A stretch of DNA of 64,000 bases, from assembly GCA_028023455.1 (NCBI GenBank), contig JAQFVV010000004.1:9610001-9674000 (forward strand). The letters are read 5' to 3'. Positions within the stretch are counted from its first letter, which is position 1, and each line of letters begins with the position of its first letter. Below are positions 36,721-49,415 of this stretch, piece by piece. Origin of the DNA: Epiperipatus broadwayi. Lineage: Eukaryota; Animalia; Onychophora. The position numbers were made by a program, and so were the translations under genes. Below the pieces are notes generated by a model. That model was not told the origin of the DNA. It searched no databases and worked only from the letters and a program-made list of their open reading frames with translations.

Positions 36721-38851
36721 CAAATGCAAAAGAACAATAAAAACATTACCAATGGTTTTTTTTTTTTTATTTCAAAGACTTTATTCACCACAAATATATT
36801 ATTGAAGATTAGATAATAAATTCTAATTACCATTTCAGTATTTAAACCCATCTGTGGGTCCAAAAGTTTGGGCAAGCAATCTAAAGACTATAAGTAAGTC
36901 AGAATAATTTGCTGGTTTACAGTATCATTTTAACAATTTAATTTTTGACTATGTTAAAAATTAATGTTGGTCATGAAAAAACCACATATGGGATCAATTC
37001 AGGACATCCAGAAGCTTGCAGCAAAGTTTCTGCAGATGATTACAATGATTGTGTCAAACAATTTTATAATCATCTCCAGCAGTGCACTTTGAAACAGTAA
37101 TAAAAACAAAACATAAATGACATCCTGTGTTTTATTTCACATCAGATGTCTTTTTACTGGGACACACTATATGTGCAATGATTAGAAAAATAATAATAAA
37201 AGGAACATTTATATATATATGGGGTGTGAATATATAATTATATAAAAACTAAATAATTGTAAGGTCCCTAATATGATAATGATGATAATTATGATGATGC
37301 AGAATTATTAATAATATTGTTTATAATATATATTATATTTAATGTTTTCACGGTTATATGATGTAGATAAATTATATATATATATATATAATCATTAGAA
37401 AACAGTCAACACTTAGACTATCCCAATATAGGTACCAATCAACAATCTCAAACTGTTTTCAAGGTAATCTATATATGGGATAAAGATATGACTATATAAA
37501 AAATAAATAATTGTCAGATATCTAATATGATGATGATGATGGTTGTGATCTGTTAATGGTCACCCAGCAATTGTAATATTACTTTTAATGAGCTCAAAAA
37601 GTACACCCTGCACTAACCACAAAATATAATAATGGTAAATATAATCAATTTTTGTTGGCTCTCATTATTAATTAAATATAAAAAGTCATCATCAAAAAGA
37701 AAATCAAATATAATATATTATTAAGAGAAAAGAACCACTGTCAGTCAAATTGGTGACTGGTTATAAAAAATGCATTCCACTAAAGGAGAGACTAATCATT
37801 ATCCAGCCAATGCTATACTTGGAGCATAAAATGATAAAAAAGGCAATCATCAATATTTTTGCTGCATGCACTTAGAGATAAGTATTAAAATAAACTATAA
37901 CTAATAATATATCAAAAATGAGTAGGATTATTATATTAATGCCAATTACATCAATACTCAGGATTATCGGGTATCTTGTGCATATTGGCCATAAATGAAC
38001 TATTAATCACGACTGTAAAATCTATAAATAAAGTGAGGGGACTTTAAAGGTAAATTTCAGTATTTTAACTCCAACTAAATAGAATGATATAGATGTTCTC
38101 ACACACACACACAAATACTGTTATGTCTAAACTGTCTGTTTGGATAGCAATAAAATACGTTAAATACATATAATCAAGAGCCAAGATATACAATATATAA
38201 TCCAGTGATAAATCAATTTGCTTAACATTTTAATCATTATTAATATATACAAAAACTACAAAAACATATATGCAAACTTGTATCAATAATTTCTGGCATA
38301 ATGATTATTACTTCTCATGAAACTTATATAAATTCTGTATACCATAACTCACAATAGTGATTTTCACACGCATGAATAATTTATTATTATCTCTCATATG
38401 TAATTGTTTTTTCGCATCTCTAAACTATTCATTTCTAAAATGCTTTCATTTACATTTCTATTTTAAATATATCTATAATTTATCTATTTAGAGTGAATTA
38501 GTAACTATAATCATCCACTCACCATAATTGAAAGAATTTAATGCTGCATTAGAATGAAATGAGGTATTAAATAAACTTTTTATGTATGTTATAATCTATT
38601 AATTAAAAATTATCTTTCCATTTCTAAGAATATTATACAGACACATTTTTAGTATGCATTCTTTACATTATAAAGTATATACACAAAGATATCAATCTAT
38701 AGCAATCAATAAATCTTCATTTTCACAGCAGTTTACTTAATTTAATTTAATAAATAATTTTATCATCACAATAAATTCTAAAAGTGCAAGTATACAGAAC
38801 TATAATAATAGTAACCCGAAGAGATCCTTTAATTTAAAAATAAATCACCAC

Positions 38852-38933
38852 TTTTAGAGGAAATTCAGGTTGTTGAGACTTCCTAATATAATTCTCTATT
38901 ATATTTATAACAATCATATTCAGGCGGCTATAT
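38852..38933 (-). CDS. Possible exon YSRLNMIVINIIENYIRKSQQPEFPLK
   Basis: Strong acceptor tgtgtcttccttcAG. One open frame whose phase follows the 45155-45229 exon. The donor (GTGGTG or GTGATT) is weak. Confidence 0.35.
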
Positions 38934-39688
38934 CTGAAGGAAGACACAATTTAACATAAGTATATTTCACATCTGTTCGTAGTATATTTCATATGTTAAT
39001 TTGCACATTTAGATTTCTTCTCTATCTTAATCACATAGTTTTAATAAATACCACTGCGTGCATTCATTGATATAATTTCTTACTAATAATCTAATGCTTA
39101 TCTAGTTTGAACCATTTTAATTAAGCTATATTTTCGCTTTTAATTATTTATGCATGTATACATCGCACACATATAGGCATATATATATACATGATATAAA
39201 TTTTACTTTTTTGTTGATTTATTTTTATTATTAAGCTAAACATTTACACTTAAGGCTTATTAATTAAAGTTTTATTCCCTTTATATTTTTTATAATTCTA
39301 TGACTAGATCTTGAAAGTGCAATCACTTCTTATTTCTGTCATCTATTTTCTTTTGTAATTTTATTTAAAATCATAAAATAGAAAAAAAAATCAATAAGAT
39401 GATCCCAGCAGGCTCAAAAGTTTTATATCAGAACAAAAATAGCTCTTCCATATTTCTATAATACTCTTTTATCACTTATTTCTTTATTTCTAAAATTAAA
39501 TTTAAAAAATAATTCAACTAAATTGTGATCAATCAAACAAATATACTATCAAATTATATTATGCATTTATCTCAGTAATAATTTGTGTGAACTATAATAC
39601 AGTATTATAAATACAAAATTCACAAAGTATATTTTATTAAGGCTCAATTATTAACATTAAAGAAATGTAACTGACATACAAAAATGTC

Positions 39689-39935
<247 letters not shown>

Positions 39936-39939
39936 GTTT

Positions 39940-41790
39940 CAAAAAGCCTTTATTGTCTCAAAAGAATACAACATTAGTGGTTACATAGTAAATTAACTGC
40001 TGCAACTTGATTACAAATTTTAACATTTATATTGTCATTTTGATAGAGTTCTTTCTGGATTTACATGAGCTTAAAACATAGTTCTTGTCTACATATAATA
40101 TCCTGGATTGTCCATTCTGCCAAATGTTATAACACAATTTTCATTTTATTTTATGTCCCAAATGGGTCATATATAATTTATCATTTGAACCCCATTAGCA
40201 AATCAACACTTATAACAGAAGGAGAAAATTGTTGCCAAATTGTCCTTGTTGCTAATTTGACATGCACATCCTTCTAAGTTTCTTTATAATGTTTAATTTT
40301 CCAACTTACAATGTTCAAACTGGTGTTACAAAGATCTTATTAGATCTAACTCCCAAGTTTTGGTCCCATGTTTCTTTTAAATGTGTCCTATTTCCAAAAT
40401 TCACTGATGTTGCAAGATTTCAGGTTTTCAAAAAAGAAAACACACTATACTGGTTCCTAAGAGTTTTATCTTTTTGTCACTATAACATTATATTAATCTT
40501 AAGTAATGACTAGGTTGCTACATAAATGTCAGGTCTGGCCAGTGTCATATCCCTTTTCTGTATCATTGTAAGTTTATTTGAAAAAGTAGCTGGATGCCTC
40601 CTGAAATTATTATCAATTAGGAAGGTGCATCTAGTACACCAGTATGCATATAGCATAAAGGTTGCTTCCCTAAAACTTGGTGCTAATCCCTCTCTAAATG
40701 CAGAAATTAATTAATGCATTGTTACATTAGACTTCCTGTAATTGCTAGTTATCAGATTTCTTATCTGCCTAAGTCCCTCACAGTGATATATCAGATGTGA
40801 TAGGGTTTCCTCAGCTCGAGGGCATAACCTACAAAAAGGATCAATTGATATATACAATCTTTTATGGCAAAGAAAATATGTGGTAGGTAATGCAGATAAG
40901 TTAAGTTTTATCAGAAAATTGAAAAACTTTGGTTCTAAGGCCCATCATTTATACCTTTTAACCAGTTGTTTATTATTAATTCCCAGTGTCTGTTCTAAAG
41001 CAATTGTGTTATTATCTTTATTTATTAGTTCATAAATTTTCCAGTTATTGTTCTTATTAATAAATTGCTCTGGGATTTTTGATTCTGTTTTACAATGATA
41101 TATTAATTGTTCAAAATATAATAATTTTTTTGGTGGTGGTTTATCAGTTGGAATGACCTCTATGAGCTGCTTAATTTTTGGAAATTGTTTAACAATATCA
41201 ATTATATTGTTCCTCATTCTCTGTTTGTCAACAATACCAATATCATGTAACCCCAAACCATTTTTATTCAGTCGTTGACAAAGTTTTGCCATTGATATTG
41301 CCACGACTTTCCTTGACCATAGTATCTTTTTGCAAAAGGTCTTAATTTTAGAGATAAAAGCCTTTGAGAAACCAACCACTGGCATAAAGTAAACTATTTT
41401 AGTCATCATCAAACTGTTAATTAATTTAATCTTAGCATATACTGACATATAGGTATTGGCTAGAGGGTCTGCTATTTGCTGGATTTCATTTTTCAATTTG
41501 TTCTGCAAATGATAACTCATGCCAGTAGTCTCCAGATGGGATGGAAACCCAAGGAATGAGCCTGGCTTTGCCTGGAAAATGGATGTACATGGACTTCCCA
41601 TGAATATGGTCCATGCTGCTTCTGGATTGAAACCTAGTTTAAATTCCTTTGAGTATTCTTCTAAAATCATCTGTAGTTTTGGTATCTGCTGTAATATCAT
41701 CCATGTATGCAATGCAGGTCAATTTTTGACCTGTTCCCAGGATCTCCATTTCCTCAAATGCCTGTTGTAGTCAAACAAGAAGGGGATTTA
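39940..41790 (-). mobile_element. L1/Tx1-clade LINE 3' portion (reverse transcriptase C-terminal part, zf-RVT, 3' UTR), frameshifted
   Basis: Minus strand gives CIAYMDDIT (YxDD) near 41700. ORF 40945-41712 has FLGFP, AKIKLINSLMMTKIVY and NGLGLHDI. CRLCPRAEETLSHLIYHC lies near 40780-40840. Confidence 0.9.
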
Positions 41791-41795
41791 TATAT

Positions 41796-42340
<545 letters not shown>

Positions 42341-42384
42341 ATCTCAAACAGATCCAGAAAAACTCCTAAACAAAGAAGATTTCT

Positions 42385-44510
42385 GTGCATGCTTCAGAAA
42401 CTCCTGAACCCCATCCTGAAAAGATAGCTTTCATCCAGAATTTTCCTACACCAGAAAATAAAAAACAACTTCATTCTTTCTTCAGGGTTTGCAACTTCTG
42501 CCATTTATTTTACAAAATTTTTGTAGATTACACAATCCAACTTGCCCAGCTACTGAAAAAAGAAAAGAAATGAAGATGTCAACATGAGAATACACAAGAG
42601 ATAAAACTAATTAAGGCAAAATTCTTGGATGAATTAGTATTATATTACTCCAACTTCCAAGTTCCCAATTCTATGTTTGAACTGACAGCCATGGCTATGG
42701 TTTAGGCAAGGTTCTGCTTTAAAAAACAATAGATATGTATACTATATTTTCTCAGTAGACACTTAAATTGCTGAGTTACACTACTCATCCATCAAAAAGG
42801 AAGTCCTCGCTGGCCTTCAATGAACTAAAGCAGATTTTATTAGAGTCACTATTTATCATAATCCCTGATTATTAAAGGTCTTGAATATTTAATTAAGAGG
42901 TTTTTGAATAATGAGAGACATTGGATAAAGCCTATTCTTACAAAAATTTGACTACCAAGTGCAATAATATCAAGGCAAAAAATATAGACCCAGACATACT
43001 CAGCCGACACCCTATTAAATTAGAGCTCTATAACACTAACATGAATAACTTATATATAATAGCAATTTCACTGTTAGTAGATGATTCAGTTGAGATAGAA
43101 CTAAAGAATTTAGACAAGCAACAATATCAAGATCATGTATTACAAAGTATAATAATACAATTGGAAAATGAAGCAAAAATCTTAGAAAATCATAATATAA
43201 ACAATAAAAATAATTTTACTCCACTAAAAAATGCAAAATAAATTATTAACATGCCAGGTTATAGAAAAAGACAAAAAAAATCCTCGAGAGGTGTGATTTA
43301 ACCGTCCTTAGAGAAAAAATAATATTCTACATGTGCTGCATGTATGAACACTATGCCCAAGGAAAATAGAATGCATATATCAAGATTATTCTATTGGCCC
43401 AGAATATATATATATCCATATTAAATATGCTGAAATCTTGCGAGATCAGCTTAAAGACTAAATTCACAAATCAATCATACATGGGCAGGTTTCAATCTAT
43501 TATACCAGAAAGATCCAATGAAATCCTAGCCATAGACTTTTGTGGGTGCTAAAATCATATTGCTCACAATAAATTCATACTCATAACACATGACTTATTT
43601 ACAAAGTATGTATTGGCTTACCCAGTGCAAATGCCCAATAGACAGAATGTCATAAGAAATCTGACAAACATTCAAATTGTGGTTAGTAGGAAAGCCTAAG
43701 TCAATCCTAATTGACCATGATACATCCTTCTTATTCTCTGAATAGGAATAGTGGATGGAAAAGCAAGGTACAAAACATATATTAATTTGTATTTGCAACC
43801 CCCAATCAAACTCATGTGAGAGGATAGTGAGAGAGATAAGTCATCATTGTGGAGTTTATTTGAAAGGTAACAATAAGAGATGGGTAAATAAGCTTCCACA
43901 AATTATTAAAACTATAAACTCTACTCTAAATGAATCTAAGGAATTTGCCTCAACTTCATTACACTTCAGTCATGAAGAATCAATCTTGATAAAAACACAA
44001 ATGCCAACAATCCCAGAAGAAATAAACCATGATATAGACTATGACTGAGCCAAAGCCAATCTTATTAAGGCCAGTCATACAAAATAAAAAACTTACTTTT
44101 AGTAAAGTCTCCATATGCCAGTGCCCCCCAAAATAATAAATAAAAAAAATTCTCTATATGAAGGCTCGTATGAAATAATACAACAGAGAGGTGAAAATAT
44201 GCAATACATCAGACATGCTTAAAATAACATATAATGTTGAAAGCCTAAAGCCTATGCACACCATGAAAGAATAAATGTACAAATTAATGCATAAAAAAAG
44301 AAATAATATTAGGATAAGTAATTAAAGAAATGTAGACAATATCCTAGATGATAACTCATAAAGCTATCCAGAAAGTAGAAACTAATTAGAATTGTATTTA
44401 GAACAAAAGAAGGGTAAACCTAAAAAATAGAAGACACCAAAAGAAAAATTAAATAGAAAGTCTAAAGCTATAGTAAACAACAAACATTTATTTTCTAAGT
44501 GAGGGTATAA
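42385..44510 (+). mobile_element. Ty3/Gypsy pol remnant (RT thumb, RNase H, integrase)
   Basis: PHPEKIAFIQNFPTPENKKQLHSFF; FYV*TDSHGYGLGKVLL; YWPRI; PQSNSCERIVREIS...WVNKLPQIIKTINSTLNESKEF. A PPT-like aagtgaggg lies near 44498. Confidence 0.9.
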
Positions 44511-44740
44511 AACAATATGTCTATTATTAAGCCTATACATTAATATTAAAAAAATTTTTTTACATTCACTATCTACTTTTCTTTATGCAAAACCATTTAT
44601 TTGTTAGTTATATATCTATATTTTATTTGTATATGGATTAATTAAGAATTTATATATATATATATTTTACTTCAGAATGTTTGTTTCAAAGCCTCTCAAA
44701 TTATAATAAGTGTTTAGAAAAGGGAAGCTTTCTATAATTT

Positions 44741-44842
44741 TTTTCTCATGTGTCATAGCATCAGTCGGGAAGCGAACCCGCTAACCCAGGACAACTGCTT
44801 GTAAAGCAGCTGTCACTGACCTCTCAACCACCAATGCTTGAC
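44741..44842 (-). mobile_element. tRNA-Gly-derived SINE with perfect 15 bp TSD
   Basis: Reverse complement gcattggtggttgagagg...gcgggttcgcttcccgactgatgctatgacac. AGCTTTCTATAATTT occurs at 44726-44740 and 44843-44857. Confidence 0.9.
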
Positions 44843-45154
44843 AGCTTTCTATAATTTAGACTTTAATTAATACAAATTATAATAATTGTGTATGTGAATT
44901 TGAATGAAATTAATAATTAAGTTGTAATTGCTGAAAGCCCATTATATTTAATTTTATAAAAGATTGAATGATTCATATTTTTAATAATCTCCAAAAATTC
45001 TAAAACACTAACTTTAAATGTATATACAGCTATATCAAAATGTATATAAAACATAACTAGATAACATATTCTAGAACTGTTATAACAATGTTATGTAAAA
45101 TTATGAGCTGAAAATTGATATCAAAAAGGATGATAAAATACCAAAATTACTTAC

Positions 45155-45229
45155 TTGCAGTTTGAATCAACAGCAGTTAGCATCAAATGTAATTCCTTAC
45201 ATTTGACATTTGAATAACAGGATGCATTG
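45155..45229 (-). CDS. 75 nt exon NASCYSNVKCKELHLMLTAVDSNC (may extend to 45276/45280)
   Basis: Acceptor ccttttatacttaccttttAG, consensus donor CAA|GTAAGT, one open frame. All three plus-strand frames of the mirror-image candidate are closed. Confidence 0.5.
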
Positions 45230-45894
45230 CTAAAAGGTAAGTATAAAAGGATCAGATGCCTCAACCCTTTCAATCTCTGTCTGTAAATGTGATGGCTTTA
45301 TGATTCTACATGCATTTGGAAGTTCAGGTGTAGTTATTTTAAGAGAATCCTATTTATCATCTTATTTCAAAATTTTGACATTGAAATACATTTGTGAAAT
45401 TCTTTCTTTAAGAAACTGTGAGATAAGAAATTTATCTCATTGTAAAATACATTATTTTATCATTGCTATACCAGAATTCTTTTAGAGAAGTTGTTTACTA
45501 CTTTGATGGATTAAATGGAAATTTCCAGAAAATTGCATCATCCTAAGAACTATAAAGACAATTGACTTAGCATGAATAAATAACCTCATAAAGTGAATTT
45601 ATTCACTACTTGCATCAAGTTTCACTTATCACAGAATTTTGAATAAAGAACTCTTTTATGCAAAACACTTAAAAAAAGACATTTTTCAAATCTTAATAAA
45701 ACTTGATATATAATGTTATTATTTCTATTATACTTGCATATTTTTTGTCATAATTTTTGAAGATATGTTTACTGACCAAGTAAAACAATTCTAATAAAAT
45801 TAATGTTATTGATATATCTTTGTGCACATACATTATAATGTGTGAATATATGAATGTTTAGATAGTTAGGCATAGTACATTATTTACTTTTCAC

Positions 45895-45947
45895 CTGGTG
45901 TGGACCAACTAAACTAAAGGATCTCATCACTGCATATAATTTAAGTA
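45895..45947 (-). CDS. 53 nt exon LKLYAVMRSFSLVGPHQ
   Basis: Acceptor ctttaatctatcatttcccAG, donor CAG|GTGAAA, a single open frame. Confidence 0.5.
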
Positions 45948-46199
45948 CTGGGAAATGATAGATTAAAGATTTTTTGAATTCCATGAAAAGCTTTTATGTA
46001 GCAATATTTATTTATAAATATTGTATCTGCTTCATTAGTCCAATGCTATGAAGTAGTCGGAGATGTATAAATTACTAATGACATTTGTTTATTATTGTTT
46101 ATCAATACCATGAATAAAATTTGGATGCCTTTTCATTTTATGAGATTGTAGCAGTTATTTTATATGGTCACTAATCAATCCCACATTCATTTATAGTCA

Positions 46200-46200
<1 letters not shown>

Positions 46201-46289
<89 letters not shown>

Positions 46290-46290
46290 C

Positions 46291-46326
<36 letters not shown>
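46201..46326. repeat. Compound microsatellite (ATT)20-(GTT)~11-(AAT)11
   Basis: Directly visible; the outer tracts are complementary. Confidence 0.97.
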
Positions 46327-47168
46327 TCCCTGAGATCATTAATGAGTTTCATTTTAAGTATATTTGGAGATACAATTTAATGTGTACTTTTTTTTTTTTT
46401 ATTAACATTTATAAATAATTTACAGATTTTATAAACAGTATTTTCATTGAACAAAAACTTAAAAAGAATTTTAAGAGAGTTTCAGTATAATAGTCCATAC
46501 TACTATAAATGTACACCTAAAATTAAAGGACACTCCTTTTACCCATCCATACTCTTACAACTTATATATAAATATTAAATCTCCTCACATGGTTAAGAAA
46601 TTCAACAGCCAACCTCAAAATGATACCATATTGAAACTATACGCTATTAGATCTTAATTACGTTTTTGTTTAAATTAGTTCACATTTCAGTATTTAAAAT
46701 CTAATAGCTGTAATTTCAAAGTAGTATCATTTTGAGTTTTGGATATTTTGAAATTCGGACTCTGATATATTAACATATTTGTTTCAAAGCAAACAGTGCT
46801 GAATTTTTAACCAGATAATATGATTTAATATTTGGATATTTATTATTGTTTAGCACTAAGCACTGGGATTACATATATATATATTACATTCTATTTACAT
46901 AAATATTTATCAATTTAATTTTTTTTAAATTTACGTTTCTAATTTTTCATATCTCATTTTACTATCTTATCTATATTTATTAATATCATCATTACAAAAT
47001 CAATTTTTATATATACATATGTTTAGATATATAGATAAGTAAATAGAACAGAATTATGGGAAGGACATAAATAATTAGAAAATGAAAAGTAGAAAGACAA
47101 AAGGGTGATTATAGAAAAAATAAACATAAAAAATAGATTTCTTTTTTCTTTTTTTATCATATATCAGA

Positions 47169-47240
47169 CGCGTTAACCAGGAAGCAAACCCGGGCCAGCT
47201 GATTGGAAGGCAACTATGCTAACCGCTAGGACACCAATGC
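47169..47240 (-). pseudogene. tRNA-Gly(TCC) pseudogene
   Basis: Reverse complement GCATTGGTGTCCTAGCGGTTAGCATAGTTGCCTTCCAATCAGCTGGCCCGGGTTTGCTTCCTGGTTAACGCG aligns over 72 nt with the canonical animal tRNA-Gly-TCC. The T-loop is altered (TTTGC) and the acceptor stem has a mismatch and two G-U pairs. Confidence 0.8.
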
Positions 47241-47254
47241 TTGCCAACATAAAA

Positions 47255-47500
47255 AATAGATTTATCTGACAATTAATAAAGAGATAGATATATTAATCTA
47301 AAGATTGATCGATCAATCAGACAAATGAATGGATAGACGAATAGATATATAAATCAATAGATTTACCAGACAATTAATAAATAGATAGATAAATTAATCT
47401 ATAGATAGATAAATTAATCGGACAAATGAATGGATAGACCAATAGATAGATAAGTCGATAGATAGATTAACAGATAGATAGATGGATATATAGATAAATA
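47255..47500. repeat. GATA-rich degenerate tandem repeat
   Basis: The blocks gacaattaataaa.agatagata and gacaaatgaatggatagac each occur twice about 100-110 bp apart among (GATA)n runs. Confidence 0.8.
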
Positions 47501-48218
47501 AAGCTAGCACAATGTAAAGTTTAATATATAGCGAGAATACAAAAAGATTAAAAACTTTTGAAAAAGTCTAATTTAACATGTTTATCTAAAATTTTATACG
47601 TGATAAATATTTATGGAAAACTATAGGTTTGTTCTTAAACATAATGTTTTAATGTAATTAGAACTACTTGACAATAGATTTCTTTACCAAAATTTTTTTA
47701 AAAATCAAAAGCCCACTACACATAAAATATATATAAATATCCTGCTTGTATTTATATAAGCATGTACAAAATAATTTAATTTTAAAGCTACAGAGAAAAA
47801 AATACTTCAATATCTCTCTTCAGAGAAACAGCAAGGAAATTACAATACTCAAATGTCAAGTGGTGCGGTTTTATGGTATCTTTTTTTTTTTTTTGGTTTA
47901 TTCGCAAGATAAAAAGTAGATGTATATGTACGCACTTAAAATATATACAAATGTTTTCAATTCCAGCAGAAGGGAAGCAAAAGTTTAAGTGAACAAATAC
48001 TCCAATTAAAAAGAATTACTTTTATAAATTCTTTACATTGTTTGTTTTCACTTGAATAATCTAATAAAATTTTAAAATGAAATCTGTTTTATGTTTTATA
48101 TATTTGAATATCATTTTAGCAGTTGTGAGTAGAGGAAGTTTGACAATGGTAAATGAAAATGTAGCTATTTGCTCTAGATAAATAATTTCATATAATAAAA
48201 ATATTATATGAGAGATAG

Positions 48219-48273
48219 TGACCTGGGCCAACTGATGAGTGCTAATACAGCACGAAATGCATCTTGGGGGTCA
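48219..48273 (+). ncRNA. Intact minimal type I hammerhead ribozyme motif (predicted cleavage after C48263)
   Basis: CCAA/TTGG stem I extended by TGACC/GGTCA. CTGATGA 48232-48238; perfect GTGCT/AGCAC stem II; GAAA 48254-48257; palindromic ATGCAT stem III; AUC triplet. Confidence 0.85.
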
Positions 48274-48387
48274 TTTGTCTTTTATTATATCTTTATTTAA
48301 GTGAATTTAAAAAGAATGGGGAAGTATGGAGGTGTTTATTATATCTATAAGATATTGCACATTGGAAAGAGAAAGGCTAATAACACC

Positions 48388-48418
<31 letters not shown>

Positions 48419-49234
48419 TAAAAAGTCAGATATATTAATCTTTAACTGAGGTTTAAAGTTTATATCTGTGCTAGAGATAATCCCTAGTTTCGAAAATGAT
48501 TAGTAACAATCATTATTGTATTTATCTGAAATGGATGGCGTCAAAGTTGTGAGTGGAGGAAGTTTGACAATGGTAAATGAAATGTAGTAATTTCATATAT
48601 GTTATACGTAAATATTGACGGTAATGTAATATTATATATGTATGAAAATATAACCACATATATATGTAATATGATTGAACTAAAGCTTTGAGATAAGAGT
48701 AAAATTTGAAAATATATACATATAAATGAAAAAAATATTTAAATATTATACTTATATTTAAGATTGAGCTTATAAAAAATTTAAAATTACTTCCACAAAA
48801 TTCGTTAAAAATGCCGCAATAAAGTTAAAAAATACACAGATGAAGTTAAAAATATAATTTTTTAAAAATTATTTTGTTTATCAAGTATTTTTTATTTGAA
48901 ATATTATTTTACATTTAATAACTTTGATCAATAATTTTATTACAGCAAAAGAGATAATAATACTTCGTGCTGATTTAAGATAAAAATGTTCAACAAGAAT
49001 AACTGATACTTCAAAATCTTTAAGAGTAAATCCCCAAACAAAACATTTTGATAAGATTAAAAACATTAATAAAAAATTCGTAAGTTTAAATATTGAAAAT
49101 CAACAATATAAAAATAAATGTTTTATGTGATTTATAACAACAAGACAGAGATGCATTTAATTTTTTTTTTCATGGGAATATGCATTCATCACATGATTAT
49201 AATTCCCTATGTTTACATAAGCTGTTATAACAGA

Positions 49235-49415
49235 GACAAAACTCTCCATTTAGTAGTGGCACCCAATGCAAACCCACAAGCTAGAAACTAGTCTGGGGAT
49301 GTTGAATGAGTAGGCACTAGATAGGGACTTTATGCACAAAACCTTCTAACATCTATTGATTATTCTGGCTTGCACTGGGTGGCACTATTTAGGAAGAGTT
49401 TTGCCTCTGTTAACA
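49235..49415 (+). mobile_element. Truncated family B copy with short inverted left arm
   Basis: cacaagctaGAAActagTCtgggg...gagtaggcactagataggga...tatgcacaa matches 58390-58520. The CTGATGA half is replaced by an inverted end (aaaactctcc...gtagtggcaccc). Confidence 0.8.

Noticed and set aside
29694-38420. Further minus-strand exon candidates (about 29.7-29.9, 34.5, 38.0 and 38.4 kb; also 6.6, 13.4, 17.4, 21.0, 27.1, 46.6, 53.5 and 56.1 kb)
   Set aside because: Each has one good splice site or an open frame, but phases could not be chained unambiguously. Not listed as features without RNA data.
45161-45236. Plus-strand exon with good-looking splice sites
   Set aside because: All frames contain stops. 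The signals are the mirror image of the minus-strand exon's sites.
47169-47240. Functional tRNA-Gly gene
   Set aside because: T-loop and acceptor-stem defects indicate a pseudogene.
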